A program made the translations under genes and the position numbers. Below the pieces are notes generated by a model. The model had not been told where the DNA came from. It saw only the letters and a list, made by a program, of their open reading frames with translations, and made no database searches. 29,238 nucleotides of DNA, taken from assembly GCA_964588075.1 (NCBI GenBank), contig CAZPNU010000027.1, positions 1 through 29,238 on the forward strand, given 5' to 3'. Below, piece after piece: positions 22,268 to 29,238 of the stretch. The stretch is from an uncultured Candidatus Cloacimonas sp. (GTDB taxonomy: Bacteria > Cloacimonadota > Cloacimonadia > Cloacimonadales > Cloacimonadaceae). How positions within the stretch are numbered: the first letter of the stretch is position 1; each line of letters begins with the position of its first letter.

Positions 22268-23173
22268 ATGAATAGCGATTTGATAACTAAGATACAAGAA
22301 CTCAAAGCGGAAAAATCTGCTGTGATTTTGGCACATAACTACCAAGCGGTTGAGATACAAGATGTGGCAGATTACCGGGGAGACTCCCTGCAGCTATCTA
22401 TACTGGCATCTCAATTGGATGCAAAGGTGATAGTGTTTTGCGGTGTAAGGTTCATGGCGGAGACCGCAGCAATACTTAACCCTCATAGTGATATCTTATT
22501 GCCGGCATTGGACGCAGGTTGTCCCATGGCAGATATGATAAATGCGACGCAGTTGAGGGACTTCAAGAGCCGCCATCCGGGCTCGCCTGTGGTTTGTTAT
22601 GTAAATTCCAGCGTGCAGGTGAAAGCCGAAAGCGATATCTGCTGCACTTCCTCCAATGCCGTGAAGGTTTTACAATCCCTGCCCGGAGATAAGCCGATTC
22701 TGTTTGTACCGGATAAGAATCTGGGAGCTTGGGCAGGTGCACAATCCGGCAGAGAAGTGATAACCTGGCATGGATACTGTCCGGTTCATCAATGGGGCTT
22801 CACCGAGCAACAAGTGCTAAGCATGAAGCAGATGTATCCTGATTACAAACTGCTGGCACATCCAGAATGTGATGAAGATATCCTTCGGCATGCTGACCTT
22901 GTGATGAGCACCGGAGGAATGGCGAAATGGGTGGAAACGGGAGATAAGGCTATTATCGCCACAGAATGCACTTTTACCAAATATCTCAGGCATTTGTATC
23001 CCGAAAAGCACTTGCAACCACTTTCTATCCAAGCAGCGTGTAAAAACATGAAAAAGACTACTCTTGAGCATGTGTACCAAGCTCTTGCACAGCATCAGCA
23101 TCTCATAAAAGTTGAGCCCGAAATTGCCGAAAAGGCAAAACAGAGCATCACCCGGATGTTGGAGCTTGGTTGA
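22268..23173 (+). CDS. nadA: Quinolinate synthase
   Basis: ILAHNYQ, FMAETA, CPMA and HPEC motifs. I place the start at ATG 22268; the ORF-track start at 22193 overlaps dut. Confidence 0.9.
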   Translation: MNSDLITKIQELKAEKSAVILAHNYQAVEIQDVADYRGDSLQLSILASQLDAKVIVFCGVRFMAETAAILNPHSDILLPALDAGCPMADMINATQLRDFKSRHPGSPVVCYVNSSVQVKAESDICCTSSNAVKVLQSLPGDKPILFVPDKNLGAWAGAQSGREVITWHGYCPVHQWGFTEQQVLSMKQMYPDYKLLAHPECDEDILRHADLVMSTGGMAKWVETGDKAIIATECTFTKYLRHLYPEKHLQPLSIQAACKNMKKTTLEHVYQALAQHQHLIKVEPEIAEKAKQSITRMLELG

Positions 23174-23187
23174 AAGAGGAGTTCGCC

Positions 23188-23811
23188 ATGTATAGCGAGC
23201 TAAGCCTGCCCATCGATTTATTGGCGGAGAAACACAGATTATTGCAGAAAAGCAGCGCACTTGGAGTTAGCAGTGCAACTGCCTCACTGTATGAGTATCT
23301 GAAACACAACTTCCCCAGCTCACCTCTTCGAGTGCTGGAAGCAGGCAGCAGCAGCGGAATTCTGTGCCTGATGCTTAAGCTCAGCCAAGCAAACTGGGAA
23401 CTAACGGGGCTGGAGATTCAGGAAGAACTGCACCATTTAGCTATTGCCAATGCGGAAGCACTCAAGTTGCAGCTTTGCTTCGTTAATGGGGATCTACGAT
23501 GCTATGACGATCCTGAAGGCTTTGATCTGATAATCGCAAATCCACCTTGGCAAAAGCTGGGAAGCGGTTTGATAAGCCCTGATATGTCCAAGGCAATATC
23601 ACGCACAGAGCTATGTTGCACCATGGATGATGTCTTGGCTTTTTGTGGACGCAACCTCGGCATCGGGAAACAAGCGGTGCTGATTTATCCCAGCTCCCGC
23701 AATGAGGAACTGCTGCAACTGGCAAGTAACTATGGGTTTGGATTGAAGACTGCAGTAGTTGCCAACACAAACACATTGATTTATCATTTAGTAAAAGGAC
23801 ACCAAGTATGA
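23188..23811 (+). CDS. Small SAM-dependent methyltransferase with an NPPW motif (TrmN6/YfiC-like, N6-adenine or related)
   Basis: VLEAGSSSGIL (motif I-like) and IIANPPWQK (motif IV). ATG 23188 follows GAGGAG. The TTG at 23170 is an alternative start. Confidence 0.6.
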   Translation: MYSELSLPIDLLAEKHRLLQKSSALGVSSATASLYEYLKHNFPSSPLRVLEAGSSSGILCLMLKLSQANWELTGLEIQEELHHLAIANAEALKLQLCFVNGDLRCYDDPEGFDLIIANPPWQKLGSGLISPDMSKAISRTELCCTMDDVLAFCGRNLGIGKQAVLIYPSSRNEELLQLASNYGFGLKTAVVANTNTLIYHLVKGHQV

Positions 23812-24680
23812 CCACACGCTTTTTCCTAATCATCATCATGCTCGTTGCTTTGTTTGGAGCATGGCAGTATCTGGGCTACGAACATGCTATCAGCAGCCAA
23901 TCTAAGCTGGATGCAATATCCAAGCTATCTGTCTTTGCTTACATAGCGGATTCCACCAAAGTGCAAAGCATCTTAGAGGAGATTAAGCCTATTCCTGCGG
24001 TAAAAAGCGTCACATATGAAACTTCAGCCGAGGCAGCAAATGAACTGATAACTGCATATGACCTTCCCTTGAGTGAGGAGATGATTGCGGATTACCAACT
24101 GCCGGCAGTGATAACCATTAATTTTGAGCCCAACACACAAGCTCTGAAAAGTAAGCCTTTGGTGCTTGATATTCTTCGCGGATATATCAGTGAGGCAGAT
24201 ATTGATAGTCAGGCTACGGCTTACAACAGTCTGTTGGATGAGTTGAACCTAGTAAACAGACGCGGCATTGCCTTCCATGTGTTTGCCGGTATTCTTTTGC
24301 TCATGATTTTTGTGTTTAGCAGGCTAAGCTATGAACTGCATACTTTGCTCCTCAACAAAGGAAAGCATCATACGGTAGTGGATGTGATTCGGCACCATAA
24401 ACAGGGTGTTGAGCATACTTGGTCGATGTTGTTAATCCCATTACCCATCAGTGTAGCAGGCTATTTTGCTCTCATGTATTTTAAAAAACTTCCTATGTTG
24501 GTGCCATACTGGGTGTTCCTTGTTCAACTAGCTGCGGCTTTCATTGGCACTTTGATTACCCATTTTACGCTTCATACATTTGAGCATGAAGTTGCCTTGG
24601 CTGAACGACCTGTGCAGATTATTAACCCCAATGCCGAACCTACGTTGGTGGAGAGCGAAGATGAAACGCAACCTTCCTAA
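23808..24680 (+). CDS. FtsX-like membrane protein
   Basis: One N-terminal TM. An extracytoplasmic domain with an FtsX-like segment (ILEEIKPIPAVKSVTYETSAEAANEL). Three C-terminal TMs. No ftsE lies adjacent. Confidence 0.45.
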   Translation: MTTRFFLIIIMLVALFGAWQYLGYEHAISSQSKLDAISKLSVFAYIADSTKVQSILEEIKPIPAVKSVTYETSAEAANELITAYDLPLSEEMIADYQLPAVITINFEPNTQALKSKPLVLDILRGYISEADIDSQATAYNSLLDELNLVNRRGIAFHVFAGILLLMIFVFSRLSYELHTLLLNKGKHHTVVDVIRHHKQGVEHTWSMLLIPLPISVAGYFALMYFKKLPMLVPYWVFLVQLAAAFIGTLITHFTLHTFEHEVALAERPVQIINPNAEPTLVESEDETQPS

Positions 24681-25218
24681 TGCTCTTACCATCCTGCGTT
24701 TTCTGCTTGTTCCCGTTTTTCTGTATTATCTCTTTGTATCGCAGCATACAGAGCGAGATTGGTATGCTCTCAGCATATTTGTGGTGGCTTCGATCACGGA
24801 TTATCTGGATGGTATGCTGGCCCGTAAATACAATGTGATTAGCGACTTTGGCAAGATTATGGATCCCCTGGCTGATAAGCTTTTGGTGCTTTCTGCCTTG
24901 TTTGGGCTTTGTTGGTTACCGCCATTCAATCTTAGTAAGGTTATATTTCTCATCATCTTTGCTCGTGAGCTGTTAGTAACCATCCTGCGGGAAGTATATC
25001 AACGTCGGGGCATCGTGGTTGCAGCAGATAAACTGGGAAAGCTTAAAACTGTGATGCAGATGCTGGGTATAATAGCTGCATTCATCTTTTGGGCAACCAT
25101 GGCAGAGATTAGTCAAACAGTCAAACTCTCCATCAGCATCTGGTTCTGGCTGGTAGCAGTCATCACCATTATAAGCGGTATCAACTACCTGCGGATACCT
25201 CATCACAAGGAGGCCTGA
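24661..25218 (+). CDS. pgsA: CDP-diacylglycerol--glycerol-3-phosphate 3-phosphatidyltransferase
   Basis: CDP-alcohol phosphatidyltransferase motif DYLDGMLARKYNVISDFGKIMDPLADK. I place the start at ATG 24661 (MKRNLPNALT); the ORF-track start at 24580 overlaps the previous gene. Confidence 0.85.
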   Translation: MKRNLPNALTILRFLLVPVFLYYLFVSQHTERDWYALSIFVVASITDYLDGMLARKYNVISDFGKIMDPLADKLLVLSALFGLCWLPPFNLSKVIFLIIFARELLVTILREVYQRRGIVVAADKLGKLKTVMQMLGIIAAFIFWATMAEISQTVKLSISIWFWLVAVITIISGINYLRIPHHKEA

Positions 25219-25219
25219 T

Positions 25220-26281
25220 ATGCGCAGATACTTCTTCATCCTCCTCGCTACATTGATCCTCGTAGGTTGTAACAATTCCGGAGGAGAGAACGAAAGATAT
25301 ACCATGTTTGACAAGATTATTGACCATGCTAAACCACTGGCCATGGGAGATGATAGAGATGTGCATGTATTCTGCGACCCGGCTAATTGGAAAGCATTAG
25401 AACCATTTATCCGTAGTGGAATCGAGCGAGAAGTCCCCATAGTATATCCCGAAAAGTATTTTAATCTAGTCCTCACAGATGTGTCTGAGGCAAATACTCT
25501 TGCGAAGTATAAGAACATAGTCTATATAGGTGATCTGGAAAGCACTGCCCCTGTTTCTGCCTACATGAGAAGTATTCTGGCCAAGGATTTCGTTACTCGT
25601 GTTCAGAATAGCGGTGGAGACCTCTTTGTTAGCAGAAATCACAGTTCCCGCGATCAGGTTATACTCTTTCTATTGGGCAAGGATGCCTTAAGCCTCAGTA
25701 AGATAGGAGCAGTGCAAGCTGATCCCATCTTTGCAATCTTGTTACAGCGTTTTGCTGAGCGCCAAGGCTATTATGCCTACCAAGGTAAGGTGCTCCCCGG
25801 TTCTTTCTTCGATGACTATCCTTATAGCATTAAAATTCCTGACACTTACCGTATTTTCTCTAATGACAAGCAAGGTAGATTCTTGAGTTTTCTTTACCGT
25901 GCCAAGATGCAGAACCGTGAGATACCGGACAAATATGTGTCTGTTTATTACGAAGCTATGCCGGAGAACAAACTGGATATCAACTGGCTGCTGCAAAAAC
26001 GCAAGGAGTTGGGACAAAAGTATTTCGAAGGAGATGAGTTCGATGCCCAGCTTATCCGCAAGGAACCATTCAAGTTCGGGAAATATGATGGATATCGTTT
26101 ACTGGGAGCTTGGAAGAACATGAAACTTGCCATCGGTGGGGGTTTTCAGAGCTTTGCCTTTTGGGATGCCGATACCAAGACTGCTTACCTGATAGATAAT
26201 ATCGTTTATTTTCCTGCTGGGGATAAGCTGCCCATTTTGGTAGAGTTATACACCGTTTCCAATTCCTTTAAGGTTAAATAA
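25220..26281 (+). CDS. Hypothetical lipoprotein
   Basis: Signal peptide with lipobox LILVGC. No catalytic motif recognised. Confidence 0.65.
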   Translation: MRRYFFILLATLILVGCNNSGGENERYTMFDKIIDHAKPLAMGDDRDVHVFCDPANWKALEPFIRSGIEREVPIVYPEKYFNLVLTDVSEANTLAKYKNIVYIGDLESTAPVSAYMRSILAKDFVTRVQNSGGDLFVSRNHSSRDQVILFLLGKDALSLSKIGAVQADPIFAILLQRFAERQGYYAYQGKVLPGSFFDDYPYSIKIPDTYRIFSNDKQGRFLSFLYRAKMQNREIPDKYVSVYYEAMPENKLDINWLLQKRKELGQKYFEGDEFDAQLIRKEPFKFGKYDGYRLLGAWKNMKLAIGGGFQSFAFWDADTKTAYLIDNIVYFPAGDKLPILVELYTVSNSFKVK

Positions 26282-28008
26282 TGAGAGGATTGCTCTCTAT
26301 TGTAGCTGTATTGCTACTTATCTCTGCCTGCGCTGCCCCTCCGGCACAGCTTGCTGAACATTCGGTGGATAACTCCAAGCCTACAATTGCTTCCATCTAT
26401 TACTACATCTCGGCTTCTTTGATGCATTATGAAGGAAACTATCTTGCTGCAAGCGAATTGTATCGTTTGGCGCAGAAGCAAGATTCCAATAGCCGGCAGA
26501 TAGCCAAGCAGATGCTGGTCAACAGTGCTTATGCCTATGTAAATGGTCAAGATACAGGCGAGGATGTCCCCGCAACTTTTAATGCGGCTCGCTTGACTTT
26601 CAGCTTTGATCAAGAGTTGCTGAACGCTGCCTACAGTGTTTACAACAAAGCTCAGGATACTGCCGGAATGCAATGGGCAGTTGATGAATCAGTTGCCCGC
26701 TACCCAAGCTGCAGAGCATATTTGCAAAAGTACTATTTACTGTACTCCTCAAAACAACAAACGGATAAAAAGCTGCTGCAACAGGCATACAAGCTTGCCA
26801 AAGGAAAGGCTGAGGATCTTGTATTATGCGGAAGAATGTATTCGCTGGTGGATCCTAAAACTGCCAGGGAAATCCTTCAAGAAGCATATTCAGTTAATCC
26901 CACCAGAGAAACCGCTTTGTTAGTTAATGATCTCACCCTTCGACAAGCCGGAGATGCTGAAGCAGTTAAACTGTTTAACAGCTACATTTATCCCCAGGAT
27001 AAAGAGCCGATGCGGGATTTCTTGCAGACAGCAAATAAGACTCTTAAGCTGCAATTGCTTTTGGATTTAACGGAGCCGATTCTTGCCACTAAGGACGTTC
27101 AACTGCTCGCCGAACTTGCTTTTGCTGCCTATATGCGTTATGATGATAATGTTCTGCTGCTTTGCAAAGACACCGCCCTACAGTCTGCGCATGCTCCAGA
27201 AGAGCTTGCCGGGCTGGCGATATTCTTGTTGGGACAATCTCTCTTTACTGATTCATTGGGCTCACCCTCACAGTATGTTGAAATGCTCTACGGCAGCAGA
27301 GATGTGGACGACATGTTGCTATACCGCACTCTAAGGCACACTTTGAAAATACAGATTAACGCTCAGGTGGATACTACAAACTTCTATGATGCCATGCGGA
27401 ATGCATGCGAAAAGCATCTTGCACAGAGTCCAATCTCCCGCTACATAGTCCTAACCCAAGAGGAACTTCTGAACCCCAGAGATTCATTAACTGCCATCCG
27501 AAACGAGCTGAGCGAGTATTTTGTAACCCACAACAAAGGATATGAAGAGGATTGGACTAGCGTTATCTCTCAATACCTCCTTGCCGGCAGGGAGCAGGAA
27601 AAGCTTGGGTTGCTGCGTGCAGCAGTGGGACGCTTTCACAACAACCCGGTGTTTTTGAACGATCTTGGCTACAGTCTGCTGGAATATCCGGATTCCTTGC
27701 AAGAAGCAGGCAGCCTCATCACTCAAGCCTTGGAGCTTGATCCCGATAATGCTTATTATCACGACAGCATGGCATGGTTCCATATGCTCTCCGGTAACAC
27801 CCAAAAAGCCTTGGAGTACATCCAAGTTCCTATGCAGATGGAAAACCTTCCTGGCGAGATAGCCTATCACATCGGTTTTATACTTGAAGCAAACAATGAC
27901 ATTAAGAACGCCCGACAATACTATCTTAAAGCCATAGACGACAGTGTATTCCCAGCCTTCCAGGATAAGGCTAAACAGGCTTTACAAGCTCTACCCAAAG
28001 AGCCTTAA
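26281..28008 (+). CDS. TPR-repeat lipoprotein
   Basis: Lipobox LLISAC. Helical repeat-rich sequence with TPR-like units (e.g. AYYHDSMAWFHMLSGNTQKALEY, ARQYYLKAID). Confidence 0.7.
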   Translation: MRGLLSIVAVLLLISACAAPPAQLAEHSVDNSKPTIASIYYYISASLMHYEGNYLAASELYRLAQKQDSNSRQIAKQMLVNSAYAYVNGQDTGEDVPATFNAARLTFSFDQELLNAAYSVYNKAQDTAGMQWAVDESVARYPSCRAYLQKYYLLYSSKQQTDKKLLQQAYKLAKGKAEDLVLCGRMYSLVDPKTAREILQEAYSVNPTRETALLVNDLTLRQAGDAEAVKLFNSYIYPQDKEPMRDFLQTANKTLKLQLLLDLTEPILATKDVQLLAELAFAAYMRYDDNVLLLCKDTALQSAHAPEELAGLAIFLLGQSLFTDSLGSPSQYVEMLYGSRDVDDMLLYRTLRHTLKIQINAQVDTTNFYDAMRNACEKHLAQSPISRYIVLTQEELLNPRDSLTAIRNELSEYFVTHNKGYEEDWTSVISQYLLAGREQEKLGLLRAAVGRFHNNPVFLNDLGYSLLEYPDSLQEAGSLITQALELDPDNAYYHDSMAWFHMLSGNTQKALEYIQVPMQMENLPGEIAYHIGFILEANNDIKNARQYYLKAIDDSVFPAFQDKAKQALQALPKEP

Positions 28009-28047
28009 CCCCCACCAATCTCCCCCAAACCGGGCTGTGAGACGGCA

Positions 28048-29238
28048 ATGAAGAAAGTAGTCGATTTCTTGGGACTTAAGCCCAGCATGGCTGCCATGCT
28101 TATCATGGCAGTGTTAGTGGGCTTGGGAGAGAAGATGGCAGAGCGCTTCCTGCCTGTATATCTCCTGGCGCTTGGCGGTTCAACCATTGGGATTGGCTTG
28201 CTGAATGGCATGGACAACCTGCTTTCTGCGCTATACTCTTATCCCGGCGGTTGGCTGGCAACCAAAATAGGATATAAGAGATCTCTCCTCATCTTCAATT
28301 GCCTGGCTATCTTTGGCTATTTATTAGTAGTGCTCATCCCCAGTTGGTATGCTGTGCTCCTTGGAGCAATTTTTTTCTTATCCTGGACATCTCTTTCCCT
28401 TCCCGCAACAATGGAGCTTGTTTCCGCGGTGTTACCCAAAGATAAGCAAACTATGGGTATTACTCTGCACTCATTGATTCGTAGGGTACCCATGGCATTG
28501 GGTCCTTTATTTGGTGGGTTCTTCATCGTTCGTTTTGGTAGAGTCCAAGGGGTGCGTTATGCTTTCTTGGCAGCAATCTTCTTTGCCTTGGTTGCCTTGC
28601 TGGTGCAGCAGCGCTTTATTGCCGACCAACGTCCTGCCTCTCAGGGAAGTGATAAGCCCGCCATCAAACACAGATTTAGCCATAATCTGCGCTGCTTGTT
28701 GGTTTCTGATATCTTGGTGCGCTTCTGCGAGCAGATACCTTATGCCTTTGTGGTGGTGTGGGTGATGAATAACAGAGGTTTAAGTGCCCTAAGATTCGGT
28801 GTGTTAACTACGGTTGAGATGGTTACGGCAATGCTGGTTTATATCCCTGTGGCGTATCTTGCAGACAGAAGTAGCCGTAAACCTTATGTGGCAATCACAT
28901 TCTTCAATTTTGCCATCTTTCCCTTGGTGTTGTATTTTTCAAGTAGCTTTCCCGCTTTAGTGCTGGCATTTGTGGTGCGTGGATTAAAGGAGTTCGGAGA
29001 GCCATCACGCAAGTCCCTAATACTCTCTCTGGCTCCGGAGGGTGCCAAAGCGAGTACCTTTGGCAGATATTATCTTGTTCGTGATGTCGTGGTGTCCATT
29101 GCTGCCTTTGGAGGTGCCTGGTTGTGGAGTTATAACCCAGCCGTAAACCTGTTTGTCGCCTCCGCCTTTGGCTTTATGGGAATGCTGTTCTTCCTCTTGA
29201 AGGTGCAGAACATCGATACATTGAAAGCTGACGTCTAA
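28048..29238 (+). CDS. MFS-family transporter
   Basis: About 12 predicted hydrophobic segments over 396 aa, with an MFS-like loop (GWLATKIGYKRS). The stop TAA falls at the last 3 nt of the window. Confidence 0.75.
   Translation: MKKVVDFLGLKPSMAAMLIMAVLVGLGEKMAERFLPVYLLALGGSTIGIGLLNGMDNLLSALYSYPGGWLATKIGYKRSLLIFNCLAIFGYLLVVLIPSWYAVLLGAIFFLSWTSLSLPATMELVSAVLPKDKQTMGITLHSLIRRVPMALGPLFGGFFIVRFGRVQGVRYAFLAAIFFALVALLVQQRFIADQRPASQGSDKPAIKHRFSHNLRCLLVSDILVRFCEQIPYAFVVVWVMNNRGLSALRFGVLTTVEMVTAMLVYIPVAYLADRSSRKPYVAITFFNFAIFPLVLYFSSSFPALVLAFVVRGLKEFGEPSRKSLILSLAPEGAKASTFGRYYLVRDVVVSIAAFGGAWLWSYNPAVNLFVASAFGFMGMLFFLLKVQNIDTLKADV

Overview
This looks like a chromosomal segment from a moderately AT-rich bacterium. 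The T9SS/FlgD-Ig-type C-terminal sorting domain and the many lipoproteins suggest the FCB group or Cloacimonadota, but that is inference only.

Left edge (1-3913): a large secreted beta-helix/PKD protein and a lipoprotein. A 48-bp hairpin tandem repeat separates them, and both genes are preceded by the same 22-nt motif containing a -35 box.

Centre (4147-16069): the main item, a co-directional, tightly packed six-gene defence-type locus.
- An SNF2-family helicase.
- A small GxxExxY / PD-(D/E)XK protein flanked by inverted CACGAAA arrays.
- A 1143-aa beta-class (DPPYN then FGGSGTTG) N6-adenine methyltransferase, which carries a gene-less copy of the same inverted arrays in frame.
- An ABC/SMC-type ATPase.
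- A DUF4276-like (Toprim-like) protein.
- A 1075-aa Res-like SF2 helicase with a C-terminal PD-ExK-like nuclease motif.

The combination has a Type III R-M core, but it fits neither canonical Type III, DISARM nor BREX. I flag it as a candidate undescribed or hybrid system.

Right of the locus: about 580 bp of decayed non-coding DNA with palindromes, a small secreted protein, a DUF4143-type AAA ATPase with 32-bp tandem repeats upstream, and three tRNAs (Lys-UUU, Glu-UUC, Glu-CUC).

The rest (19093-29238) is an ordinary housekeeping block: M23 peptidase, thiamine pyrophosphokinase, xseB, polyprenyl synthase, dut, nadA, a small NPPW methyltransferase, an FtsX-like protein, pgsA, two lipoproteins and an MFS transporter.

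No integrase, transposase, CRISPR array or rRNA was seen. All product calls rest on motifs read by eye from the translations. No database search was run.
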